IMG/VR virus record: IMGVR_UViG_3300025108_000016
Source: a virus
DNA: 64,000 bases
Reading direction: 5' to 3' (one strand)
This document shows positions 17,386-26,532 of this stretch, one piece after another. The notes beneath the pieces are model-generated. The model did no database searches and was not told where the DNA came from. It saw only the letters and a list, made by a program, of their open reading frames with translations. The position numbers were made by a program, and so were the translations under genes. Each line of letters begins with the position of its first letter. The stretch's first letter is position 1.

Positions 17386-18033
17386 ATGAAAATTTTCCTA
17401 GACACTGCTGATTACGAAGCAATTGCTGAACGCTATAAGACTGGTCTAGTCGATGGCATCACTACAAATCCTACACTAGTTCGTAAGTCTGGTGTAGACT
17501 ATGTGGAGTTTATTAAAACACTAGCAACTAACTTTGCTTTTGAAAGTATCTCTGCTGAAGTAGAAGGTGATTCCTGTTTTGAGATGCTTGTAAATGCTAC
17601 TAAGTATCGTGATATTGCTGACAACGTTACGATCAAACTGCCCCTCACTGTAGAGGGTCTGAAGGCATGTAAAGAACTCACTGCTCAAGGTGTCGAAACT
17701 AACGTTACCTTGTGCTTCAGTGCCGCTCAGGCAGTGATGGCAGCAAAGGCAGGTGCCACATACATCTCACCTTTTGTAGGACGTATGAACGACAACTCAC
17801 TCAGTGGTGTTGAACTTGTTCGTGCTATCTCTGGTCTTTATTGTGCTCATGGTGTTCGCACCAAGATCCTTGCTGCCAGTTTGAGAGATGTCCACCACGT
17901 CTCGCGTTGTTTCCTGTATGGTGCTAATGTATGTACGTTGCCGCCTGCTGTATTTGACAAAATGTATAACCATGTGTTGACCGATTCTGGTCTAGCAATT
18001 TTTGAAAAAGATTTTAAGGAGATCAATGGTTGA
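17386..18033 (+). CDS. talC: Transaldolase (TalC/FSA-type)
   Basis: MKIFLDTAD, GITTNPTL, TIKLP, NVTLCFS, YISPFVGR. Confidence 0.96.
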   Translation: MKIFLDTADYEAIAERYKTGLVDGITTNPTLVRKSGVDYVEFIKTLATNFAFESISAEVEGDSCFEMLVNATKYRDIADNVTIKLPLTVEGLKACKELTAQGVETNVTLCFSAAQAVMAAKAGATYISPFVGRMNDNSLSGVELVRAISGLYCAHGVRTKILAASLRDVHHVSRCFLYGANVCTLPPAVFDKMYNHVLTDSGLAIFEKDFKEING

Positions 18034-18229
18034 AGTTCCGTTTGACGAATTTGAAAAAGACTTTGATGCATACATGGATCGTATCGAAGCAGGTGAAACA
18101 TTTGTAATTCGTAAACCAGATGGAACTGCTGTCATGGCAGTCCCTGCTGACGAATATCAAGAACTAGCAGATCAGGTTACTGATTCTGACTGGGAAAATA
18201 TGATGACAACACATGATGACGCTAGTTAA
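18026..18229 (+). CDS. Phd/YefM antitoxin-like protein
   Basis: EFEKDFDAYMDRIEAGETFVIRKPDG..AVMAVP..Y pattern. Confidence 0.6.
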   Translation: MVEVPFDEFEKDFDAYMDRIEAGETFVIRKPDGTAVMAVPADEYQELADQVTDSDWENMMTTHDDAS

Positions 18230-18626
18230 AAAACTAATTGCCAAGTATGTCTCTCTAATCCAAAAGATTCCAGAGAGACACTACTGGCCTATCTTCGTGT
18301 TCCTGTCTCTATACTTCATCGTTCCGATGAGTGAGATCACAGTTACACTAGCAGCCATTCTCTACTTCAAGTTTGAAAAGAAGATTGCTCCTGTGGTAGG
18401 TAAACTCACCAAGAGACTGCCTAACTGGTTAAGGTTTGGTGGTGGTCTCGTCTTCTTCCTTGTGATGATTGATGATACCTTGTTCTACTTTGCCTTGATT
18501 GCTCTAGCATTCTGGAGCAGCAAGCAGGTCAGAAAGAAAACTGGCACACCCCCTTTACATGACGACCAGGAGGTGCTACAATTTGGAAGTAACAAGGAAC
18601 CTGATGAAACCAACAGTAATTCTTGA
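18213..18626 (+). CDS. Multi-TM hypothetical membrane protein
   Basis: Several hydrophobic segments. Confidence 0.7.
   Translation: MMTLVKKLIAKYVSLIQKIPERHYWPIFVFLSLYFIVPMSEITVTLAAILYFKFEKKIAPVVGKLTKRLPNWLRFGGGLVFFLVMIDDTLFYFALIALAFWSSKQVRKKTGTPPLHDDQEVLQFGSNKEPDETNSNS
18541..18582 (+). promoter_or_regulatory. Sigma70-type promoter with upstream CTGGCACA motif
   Basis: CTGGCACA then TTTACA-17-TACAAT. Confidence 0.6.
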
Positions 18627-18861
18627 GAGATCTCCCTACCGCTATGTCCAGTGCGGTCTTCTAGAGATCAATGGTAGACCTGACTATCGCATTCAGAAGT
18701 ATCATGAGTGGAAGAAGCGTTACTTTGACATGTACTTGCTTGATAATCAGATGCAGTTGGACACCTGCCTAGAAGATGTAGAGTATACTAAGTGGTTAGA
18801 CCCTGACCCTGAAGTGGGTTCATATCGTAAATTCAATTCTGTAAGTAATCCTTATGACTAA
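18604..18861 (+). CDS. Cyanophage hypothetical protein
   Basis: PYRYVQCG..PDYRIQK..YFDMYLLDNQMQ. Confidence 0.75.
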   Translation: MKPTVILERSPYRYVQCGLLEINGRPDYRIQKYHEWKKRYFDMYLLDNQMQLDTCLEDVEYTKWLDPDPEVGSYRKFNSVSNPYD

Positions 18862-19159
18862 AACACATTCTGACTTGGACTTTATTCGCGACATGCTTCT
18901 CGCTGCTCTAGATGAGCGTCGTGATAATATTGTAGGAGATCTGTTCAAGATGTATGAGCAGGCACGTATCGAATCTCGCCCTACTATTCCTACTGGTAAT
19001 ATCAATATCGATACCCTCACTAAACCTGATGGAACTGAGTATAACTTTACTTTGCAGTCTGACTATCTTGGTGATGTTAAAATTGGTAATTCTCTTAACA
19101 ATGATGTAATTTCTTTTGGGGATTATACAAGTACAGATAAGGAGTTTCTTGTAGAGTGA
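18854..19159 (+). CDS. Hypothetical protein
   Basis: 101-aa coupled ORF. Confidence 0.65.
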   Translation: MTKTHSDLDFIRDMLLAALDERRDNIVGDLFKMYEQARIESRPTIPTGNINIDTLTKPDGTEYNFTLQSDYLGDVKIGNSLNNDVISFGDYTSTDKEFLVE

Positions 19160-20553
19160 GAGTAGTTGTTGTTGGTGGAGGTACTGCTGGATGGATGGTA
19201 ACTTATTATCTGTCCGAATCTCATCTATGTGTCAATGTCTCTACTGAAGAGATCCCTATCATAGGTGTAGGTGAAGGTACGACGGGTAAATTTCTTGATG
19301 TATTCAAGATGGACCATGTAGAAATGATGCATGGTATGGATGCTTTACCTAAACTTGGCATCAAGTTTGACAACTGGAGTAAGACCAAGCAGAGTTTCCT
19401 TTCACCCATTGATGGAACACCAACAGCTAGTAAATATATTGATTATACTTGTCTTGCCTATGGTCCTGTAGGTAAGCACATCACTTTGATGAACGGCAAT
19501 AAGTCTAACTTCTTTGTCGAACAACCAGACTTGATGTGTGATTATAATCAAAATGCTTTACATCTAGATGCATATAAGACAGGCGAGTTCTTTAAATCTC
19601 AAAGCAAACTACTCAAACATTACGATGCTAAAGTAGTCAAGGTTAATAGAGAGGAAGGATTTATTAAATCTATTGAACTCGATACTGGTGAAACAATAGA
19701 AGGTGATTTATTTGTTGATTGTTCTGGTTTCGCTAGAGTCTTAAGTGCCGCTGATGATTGGGTAGACTATTCTGAATACCTTCCTGTCAATAGAGCATTA
19801 GTATATAAAACAGAGACAGAATCTTCTAGAAAACCATACACTCTTGCTACTGCTAGAAACCATGGTTGGACTTGGGAGATTCCAACTCGTACTAAAATTG
19901 GTAAAGGATATGTGTACTGCGATAAGTATGCATCCGAAGATGATATCCTAGAAGAACTAGGTGACGTTGAGAAAGTCAAATCTATTGAGTTTAAATCTGG
20001 TAGAATTACCAAGTTTCTTGATAAGAATTGTCTTTCATTAGGACTCTCTTCGGGGTTCTTAGAACCATTGCAAGCAACTAGTATTCATCTTACACTGATG
20101 CAATTAGAACGCTTTGCATATGGATATCCTACCGAGGATTTATTCCTTGACAATGAGATGGAAAGAGACTATAATGATTATGTCGCGTCCTTACATGATT
20201 CTATGAGAGACTTTGTGTCTCTACATTATTCTGGAGGTAAAACTGATACTGACTTCTGGAAAGATGCCCGTGTCACTCCCTTTGTAGATAAAATTATTTC
20301 TTTAACTAAGAAAAGACTCCCCCGATCTTTTGATTTTCCTAAGATAGGTGGAGGTGTTGCTCAAGAATCATACAACCCCATCCTATGGGGATTAGGACAC
20401 TTTAATAATTGTCCAGTAAAGCAGACATTTGACAGCGACAACGCTTCTATGGTATACTGGGCAAGCGAAGCAAAGAAGTTCGGTGGTAATACTTCTAAGT
20501 ACTTAACCATTGATGAACTGAACGACATCATCGCTAGTCTTGGGAAGACTTAA
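19156..20553 (+). CDS. Flavin-dependent (tryptophan-halogenase family) halogenase
   Basis: GGGTAG, GVGEGT, PKLGIKF (catalytic Lys), DCSGF, WTWEIP, FLEPLQATSI. Confidence 0.88.
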   Translation: MRVVVVGGGTAGWMVTYYLSESHLCVNVSTEEIPIIGVGEGTTGKFLDVFKMDHVEMMHGMDALPKLGIKFDNWSKTKQSFLSPIDGTPTASKYIDYTCLAYGPVGKHITLMNGNKSNFFVEQPDLMCDYNQNALHLDAYKTGEFFKSQSKLLKHYDAKVVKVNREEGFIKSIELDTGETIEGDLFVDCSGFARVLSAADDWVDYSEYLPVNRALVYKTETESSRKPYTLATARNHGWTWEIPTRTKIGKGYVYCDKYASEDDILEELGDVEKVKSIEFKSGRITKFLDKNCLSLGLSSGFLEPLQATSIHLTLMQLERFAYGYPTEDLFLDNEMERDYNDYVASLHDSMRDFVSLHYSGGKTDTDFWKDARVTPFVDKIISLTKKRLPRSFDFPKIGGGVAQESYNPILWGLGHFNNCPVKQTFDSDNASMVYWASEAKKFGGNTSKYLTIDELNDIIASLGKT

Positions 20554-20560
20554 AAAGCAC

Positions 20561-20690
20561 CCTGGTGCGGGTGAATGCGACTCGCCGCCTGGTTTCTTGC
20601 TTCCAGTTAAAAAGCAAGTGGTGGTGCCAAATACCCTTCCGTGTGGTTGGTTCTTGTTTACAACTAAAACAAACAAGTGGCGTGCATGTG
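20561..20690 (+). ncRNA. manA/wcaG-family cyanophage structured RNA (tandem pseudoknots)
   Basis: Two H-type pseudoknots (CTGG/CCAG with CTTGCTT/AAGCAAG; GGTTG/CAACT with CTTGTTT/AAACAAG), each followed by TGGYG. Confidence 0.7.
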
Positions 20691-20847
20691 TAACCCCCCA
20701 CACGAACTGTCACAAGGGTAAGTATAATTACTCTAAGTCGTGTATAAATAAAATCGTTACAATTTTGTAACAAAACCTAACGGAGACACGTCGAGTCTCC
20801 TATCATCTGTGGGTTAAACTCCACAAGCAAACAAACATTTAAACAAA

Positions 20848-21219
20848 ATGATCAAATCTGTATTCGCAGCAACCGCTGCCCTTTCTGTCTCTGCTGGTGC
20901 TGCTTTTGCTGGCCCCTATGTTAACGTAGAAGCCAACTCTGGTTTCACGGGATCCAGCTACAATGGAACCGCTACTGACCTTCACGTAGGTTATGAAGGC
21001 GCTCTTGGTGAGAACGCTTCATACTACGTCCAAGGTGGTGCTACTGTAGTCTCCCCTGACGGCGGTGAGAGCGACACCGTTCCTTCTGGTAAGGCAGGTC
21101 TTGGTATCGGTTTGACCGATGCTCTTGGTGCTTACGGCGAAGTCTCCTTCGTTGGTAGTGGCGACAGCAATGTCGATCGCGGTTATGGAACCAAATTGGG
21201 TCTTAAGTATTCCTTCTGA
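20848..21219 (+). CDS. Small outer-membrane beta-barrel protein
   Basis: Signal peptide; alternating beta pattern; C-terminal LGLKYSF beta-signal; TATAAATA at about 20743. Confidence 0.75.
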   Translation: MIKSVFAATAALSVSAGAAFAGPYVNVEANSGFTGSSYNGTATDLHVGYEGALGENASYYVQGGATVVSPDGGESDTVPSGKAGLGIGLTDALGAYGEVSFVGSGDSNVDRGYGTKLGLKYSF

Positions 21220-21242
21220 TATCCATAAGGAAAACTAAACTG

Positions 21243-21279
21243 AGAGGGGCTTGACGCCCCTCTTTTTTTCATATATAAT
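21243..21279 (+). terminator. Terminator whose loop carries the -35 of the hli promoter
   Basis: AGAGGGGC-TTGAC-GCCCCTCT then T run; TTGACG-17-TATAAT. Confidence 0.8.
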
Positions 21280-21306
21280 ATGTAAAGATTCATTACGAAA
21301 CGTATC

Positions 21307-21516
21307 ATGACAGTAACAACCGAAGACGGCGGACGCACAAACATGTGGGCAACAGAACCCCGTATGTACATTGATCCAACTGAAGCAGAACGCCATGGTC
21401 TTGAAACCCACGCAGAACGTGCAGAAAAAGCAAATGGACGCTATGCTATGTTGGGAATCATCGCAGGATTCGTTTCGTATGCTGTGACTGGTAACTTTTT
21501 CTTTGGCATTATTTAA
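21307..21516 (+). CDS. hli: High-light-inducible protein
   Basis: [17 protein letters not shown] chlorophyll-binding motif. Confidence 0.92.
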   Translation: MTVTTEDGGRTNMWATEPRMYIDPTEAERHGLETHAERAEKANGRYAMLGIIAGFVSYAVTGNFFFGII

Positions 21517-21806
21517 TGACTTATAGTATTCTACTTAAAACTTCTGAAGGCGAGCACACAATTGAGTGTGAATCTGATCAATACATTCTTGACGCTGCTG
21601 AAGAAGCAGGTGTTGATATTAATTACTCCTGCCGCGCTGGTGCTTGTTCATCCTGTGCTGGTAAACTTGAGAGTGGTAGTGTAGATCAAAGCGATCAATC
21701 GTTCTTGGATGATGATCAAATTGAAGCAGGTTTCTTGCTAACTTGCGTCTCTTATCCTACTAGCGATTGTGTAGTATTGACCGAGCAAGAAGAGAGTTTG
21801 TATTGA
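21516..21806 (+). CDS. petF: Ferredoxin [2Fe-2S]
   Basis: [17 protein letters not shown]. Confidence 0.96.
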   Translation: MTYSILLKTSEGEHTIECESDQYILDAAEEAGVDINYSCRAGACSSCAGKLESGSVDQSDQSFLDDDQIEAGFLLTCVSYPTSDCVVLTEQEESLY

Positions 21807-22144
21807 TGAATCTTACACAAGATGAACTTTGGAATCAGATTGCAACCCTTGGTTGGGATGTAAGAAATGATAACATTGTAATTGAGATCGGTGGTACAGT
21901 AGTTTCTGGTATCCATCAAGGCGAAGAGTATAATAAAAAGTGGGCAACGCCTTTTGGTGTGCGTAAATATAATAAGGACGCCTTCATCGTTATTAAAAAC
22001 CTTTCACGTACTCCTTTTGCATCTTCTCTTCCTATGGACCGAGAACATGCACCCCATCATTCAAAGACACCAGACGTTGTTGTTAACATGGAAGGTGGAG
22101 TTGGCGGGTCATGGGAAGTGAAAGAGGAAGATGACAAATCCTAA
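21806..22144 (+). CDS. Hypothetical protein
   Basis: LGWD..IEIGGT..NKKWA..KYNKDAFIVIKN. Confidence 0.7.
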   Translation: MNLTQDELWNQIATLGWDVRNDNIVIEIGGTVVSGIHQGEEYNKKWATPFGVRKYNKDAFIVIKNLSRTPFASSLPMDREHAPHHSKTPDVVVNMEGGVGGSWEVKEEDDKS

Positions 22145-22292
22145 TCAACTCTATGAAGACATGGAGAAACTGAATGCCCTTTATGAAGAACTCTGCTGGG
22201 GGCATGATGACGAGTTAGTATTCCAGATCGAATATCTAACAGGCAAAGGCAGAGTCGTTATTAAAAACAAAACACAGGAGCAAATCAAATGA
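22131..22292 (+). CDS. Small hypothetical protein (not in ORF track)
   Basis: MTNPNQLYEDMEKLNALYEELCWGHDDEL; GAGG SD. Confidence 0.7.
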   Translation: MTNPNQLYEDMEKLNALYEELCWGHDDELVFQIEYLTGKGRVVIKNKTQEQIK

Positions 22293-22408
22293 AATTTGGA
22301 TTCACACCTGAGGCAGAAGTCCTCAACTCACGTCTAGCAATGCTTGGTTTCATCATCGCTGTTGGAACTTATGCAACCACAGGACAGATTATTCCAGGAG
22401 TATGGTAA
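22289..22408 (+). CDS. hli: High-light-inducible protein, short type (not in ORF track)
   Basis: MKFGFTPEAEVLNSRLAMLGFIIAVGTYATTGQIIPGVW. Confidence 0.9.
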   Translation: MKFGFTPEAEVLNSRLAMLGFIIAVGTYATTGQIIPGVW

Positions 22409-22537
22409 ATGTTATTGTTAGCAACTATCCTTTTGGGAAGCTTTATTATTGGAGCAGTACTCTCAGATGGAGGTGCTGATGATGATGGACCACCTGATGG
22501 AGGAATGATGACCCCTGTTATGGTTCCTTCTAATTGA
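22409..22537 (+). CDS. 42-aa membrane peptide
   Basis: Hydrophobic N-terminus then DDDGPPDGGMMTPV. Confidence 0.6.
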   Translation: MLLLATILLGSFIIGAVLSDGGADDDGPPDGGMMTPVMVPSN

Positions 22538-22604
22538 ATAAATAAAAACATATCGTCGCCGCTAGGGAGTGTCTGGTCAGAATCAGACTACTCCCTATTT
22601 TTTT
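22538..22604 (+). ncRNA. Candidate late-promoter-driven small RNA / long terminator hairpin
   Basis: ATAAATA, then ATATCGTCGCCGC, then TAGGGAGTGTCTG..CAGACTACTCCCTA and a T run. Confidence 0.45.
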
Positions 22605-22608
22605 GCTT

Positions 22609-23181
22609 ATGAAAAACTTCATTGGAATTTATCCAAATGCCATGCCAGATGACACATGTGATCTGATCATTGATTGGTTTGAAAATAATATAGACATACA
22701 ACAACCTGGCATTGTATCTTCGCGTCAGGGGGAAAAAACTGAGGTAGTTAAAAATGTAAAAGACTCTACCGATATTCCTGTGTATTTTTCAGATGATGAA
22801 TTGCCCAACTATCATATCGCATTAGCAATTTCTAAAGGCATTTCGCCATATAAAGATGAATATTTTCACTTGAATGAAGGACCAAGATGGGATGTAGTTA
22901 ATACTTACAACCTGCAGAGATATTATCCTGGTCAGGGATTTCATATCCCACACCATGAATTCAATCCAACATCAAACCAGTTGTTGCTGGCATGGATGAT
23001 CTATTTAAATGATGTTACTGAAGGTGGAGAGACTAGATTTGTTTATCAAGATATAAATATTGAGCCAAAAAAAGGTACGCTGGTTATTTGGCCAGCGTAC
23101 TTTACTCATGTTCATCATGGACTTGTTAGTGCAACACAGACTAAGTATATTGCAACTGGGTGGCATCGATATTATGCTTGA
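22609..23181 (+). CDS. 2OG-Fe(II) oxygenase (prolyl-hydroxylase-like)
   Basis: LQRYYPGQGFHIPHHE..WMIYLNDV..GGET..WPAYFTHVHHG..KYIATGW. Confidence 0.88.
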   Translation: MKNFIGIYPNAMPDDTCDLIIDWFENNIDIQQPGIVSSRQGEKTEVVKNVKDSTDIPVYFSDDELPNYHIALAISKGISPYKDEYFHLNEGPRWDVVNTYNLQRYYPGQGFHIPHHEFNPTSNQLLLAWMIYLNDVTEGGETRFVYQDINIEPKKGTLVIWPAYFTHVHHGLVSATQTKYIATGWHRYYA

Positions 23182-26100
23182 GCTTCTGTCCAGGAGAACT
23201 TAAAGTCAGCAGATCTTGCACTGCTACCGAAACCACCAGCAATGTTTGTAACACGTACAGCAAGAACTTCAGGACCATCTGGGAATACACCACTTGGGAA
23301 GTTGTTGTCGAATGTAGACTTACCACCACCTAGAATGCAGTTAGAGATCTCTTTAACTTGATCTAGAGGAACTGTGGATGCACCAGCACCGAAACCACCT
23401 GCACCAGCATAGAAAGCGTAAACAACTTCACCACCAACTAGTTCTGCGTTTGTTCCAAGAACTGCATATTGTGCCAAGGATGTACCACCTACACTTTGCC
23501 ATGTAGAAGAGACATCAACTGTTGGATTAAGTAATAGTTCTACGAAGAACACACCATTAGCAACAATCTGACAATCTCTCATAACTAGTTGCATTCTGTT
23601 GACCAGTTCTCTGGATCCGAATGCACCAGTGATACCATTATCAACAGCAGGACAAACACGTAGTGCTAGGATACCTTTGGTTTGACCAGAGGAAACAGAT
23701 CTACCAGTTTTAGTACCAATAGAATAGATGTATGCTCTATCTTCATCATATTCACCTTCCATAATAACTGAGGAACCCCAGTGACTAATTTGTGGAACAG
23801 ATGTAGCTCGCAATAGTTCTACACCAATAGGTCTTGTCGTATCATATGTGAATGTTTCAGCAGATCCTGCTCCCATTGGTGCAAAGATAATACTTGTTCC
23901 AGATGCTGTATCAGTTGCTGCAGTGCTTAGGGTGATGTTTACACCAGCAATTTCCGATACAAATGTATCATCGGGAATGTCTTCGCTTTTAACAACTTGA
24001 CCAACTTGAATGCCCGTGGAACTAGCGACTTGAACTATGTTACTTCCTGATGTAGTATTACATGTAGTTACTGCTCCTGCAGCTTCTCTAGTTAAACCTG
24101 TAAATGTACCAGACTCAGCAACAGCAAGAGGAGACAAAGCAGAACCAACAGATGCTGTGATCGAGATAGGAGTTGAAGATGAAGCAGTTTCGGTGATAGT
24201 GAAACTTGTGCTGTTCGGAACTGTTGCAACGAAATAGGTTTTGTTTGCAACGATGTTAGCAAATGGTCTATCAAATTGAATTGGTTGAACACCATTGCCT
24301 TGCAAACCAGCAGTAGAAGTAACTGATAATGTATTACCTGCTGCTTCAGTTGCTAGAACATCCTGGGCAAAAGTATTTTTGCTGGTATAATTTACATACT
24401 CTTGAGTTGCAGATGTAGCAGAATCAACTTGTCTGATTCTTAAGGTTCCTGATTGTGGGAATCTATCAAGTCCTTTGTTTACATACAGAACACTATCACT
24501 ATTAGATACTGATTTAGTTACTACTGCAAATGGACAGATAGTATTAACTTCATAACGAGCAGGTAGGTTACCTGATCTCATATATGCTTCGTTGTTGAAG
24601 TTGTTGTTTGGAATCTTGTGAGCATAGATAACATCACCATTTGTACCACGGAATCCCCAACGAATAAAACCAGCACCATACCAAGAGTAGTCCATATAGA
24701 ACATTTGCATCTTGGTTACATCAATAGTATAACCAGACTTACCAGAACCATCACAGCGATCTATATTCCACTGATCTTGCTTCCATATAATTTCTTGTGT
24801 CTTGGTGATAGGAACATTAATGTCAGAAGGACCACGATAGTCAGGGAAGATAATAATTTGCGTGTCTGAAATAATACCATCAACACGATAAGAAGCACCA
24901 CGAAGAACAATATTATCTCCGATGTTTAGTTGCTTTGCCAGAGAAGTTCCTGATCCGTTGACACCAGTATAACTAGAAATAACAGAACTGCCATTTGTTA
25001 CAGTTACTCTACCAGAACATTGGAAAGTAGATGATCTACGAACCACTTCAATTTCTCCATGAGCATAGCGGAAGAAAATTCCATTCTGCTGATCCATCAT
25101 ACCTAGTTCTAGGTTGACTCCATAAGTATTGATGGGAGTTATAGTATAAGATCCGCCAGCAGAAGATACTGTTGGGGCAAGTGATGAAGTATACTTAAAC
25201 GTGAATGGATCGATTACTGCAGTAACTGTGTACGTTCCATTGTAATTATTGTCATCACAACCACGGACATCAATTTCACTTCCTCTGGTTATGTTGTGTG
25301 CGACTGAAGAAACAACAGTTATATTTGTTCCTGATGCTGTAATGCTATCAATATTTTCAATAGCAGGAGCAAGGATAGAACCAGTGGAGAATGCTACACC
25401 TTTACCAGACTGATAGCGGAAGTATCTTTTTGTCTGTCTGATTGCTTGCTGGTTTTTAGATAAAGAATTGGTTGAGAATTTAACACCACCATCAAATGCT
25501 CTATGAACAGAGTTTCCTTGTGGTCTTGGATATAATTTTGCTGTGCCGCTACCAACACCACCAGTAGGAGCAGAAGATGGGTAGTATTTAAATTCTACTG
25601 GTGAGATAATAGATGCAACAATCCAAGAACCATTTACATTATTACCATTAGAACCTACAATAGCAACTTCGTTACCAACTTCTAAACCATGTGCGTTGGT
25701 ACACAGAACGTTAACCGAATCATCTCCTGGTGCTGACAACGTAATGGATCCACCAATTCTGGAACCACTATAATGAATACCAGAGTAGATATTAGTTCTT
25801 GCGCTAATTTGAATAGAAGAATTACCCTGAGTCCAGATAACACCAGCAGTATATGAGAACTGATTAGCATTGTTTGAACCTGATCCAGCAGAGTCAACAA
25901 TGAAGACTCCATTAGCACCAGGGAATGTAGTATCCTGAACAAATACAGGATCTCCAGCTGAAGGCAATGCAGAGTTGTTAGTATCTATAGTAACTCTAAT
26001 TGTTTTGGTGTTAGTAAATGCTTCGACTTGAGTAACATCAAGTGTAGTATTACTTTTATATGCAAAGGGGTTGTTGTTGATCATTGCCAACGATTCCCAT

Positions 26101-26489
26101 TTGGTAGACTGAGTACTATACTCAAAGTCTGTGTCAATCAGTGATTGAGGATTAGAAACTCTTTGCTTGTTAACAGAGTCCATGTAGGTCTCTGCTGGTT
26201 TGATAGTTTCTTCAAACTCATCATACACAATTTGCAACTTGTCGGTATCCGACATCGAAGTTGTATCATATGCAAGAGTAACTCTTGTAGTAGTTACGTT
26301 ACGAATATCAGTTTCGATCGAGTATACACTAGCAGTAAGTTCAGGATCACTGAAGTTATAGATTACTTTGTTGTCAGTAACATTAGTAATCAGAATTAAT
26401 TGTTCCCTTTGGATACCACCAGGGATTACTACCTCTCTTGCCGAAGCATCAAAGAGATAGTAATTACTTTTAATGGATTTTCTCGCCAT
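23172..26489 (-). CDS. Large virion structural protein (baseplate/tail associated)
   Basis: 1105 aa, beta-rich; RQTKRYFRYQSGK and WYGAG motifs; GATAAATA late promoter at about 26527. Confidence 0.8.
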   Translation of the reverse strand: MARKSIKSNYYLFDASAREVVIPGGIQREQLILITNVTDNKVIYNFSDPELTASVYSIETDIRNVTTTRVTLAYDTTSMSDTDKLQIVYDEFEETIKPAETYMDSVNKQRVSNPQSLIDTDFEYSTQSTKWESLAMINNNPFAYKSNTTLDVTQVEAFTNTKTIRVTIDTNNSALPSAGDPVFVQDTTFPGANGVFIVDSAGSGSNNANQFSYTAGVIWTQGNSSIQISARTNIYSGIHYSGSRIGGSITLSAPGDDSVNVLCTNAHGLEVGNEVAIVGSNGNNVNGSWIVASIISPVEFKYYPSSAPTGGVGSGTAKLYPRPQGNSVHRAFDGGVKFSTNSLSKNQQAIRQTKRYFRYQSGKGVAFSTGSILAPAIENIDSITASGTNITVVSSVAHNITRGSEIDVRGCDDNNYNGTYTVTAVIDPFTFKYTSSLAPTVSSAGGSYTITPINTYGVNLELGMMDQQNGIFFRYAHGEIEVVRRSSTFQCSGRVTVTNGSSVISSYTGVNGSGTSLAKQLNIGDNIVLRGASYRVDGIISDTQIIIFPDYRGPSDINVPITKTQEIIWKQDQWNIDRCDGSGKSGYTIDVTKMQMFYMDYSWYGAGFIRWGFRGTNGDVIYAHKIPNNNFNNEAYMRSGNLPARYEVNTICPFAVVTKSVSNSDSVLYVNKGLDRFPQSGTLRIRQVDSATSATQEYVNYTSKNTFAQDVLATEAAGNTLSVTSTAGLQGNGVQPIQFDRPFANIVANKTYFVATVPNSTSFTITETASSSTPISITASVGSALSPLAVAESGTFTGLTREAAGAVTTCNTTSGSNIVQVASSTGIQVGQVVKSEDIPDDTFVSEIAGVNITLSTAATDTASGTSIIFAPMGAGSAETFTYDTTRPIGVELLRATSVPQISHWGSSVIMEGEYDEDRAYIYSIGTKTGRSVSSGQTKGILALRVCPAVDNGITGAFGSRELVNRMQLVMRDCQIVANGVFFVELLLNPTVDVSSTWQSVGGTSLAQYAVLGTNAELVGGEVVYAFYAGAGGFGAGASTVPLDQVKEISNCILGGGKSTFDNNFPSGVFPDGPEVLAVRVTNIAGGFGSSARSADFKFSWTEAQA

Positions 26490-26532
26490 TACTTAGTGCC
26501 TCTAAACAGATATTCTTTGCTCTATCTATTTA

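Noticed and set aside
20503-20773. Three short overlapping ORFs in the track
   Set aside because: They overlap the structured RNA and promoter region and lack SD signals or protein-like composition.
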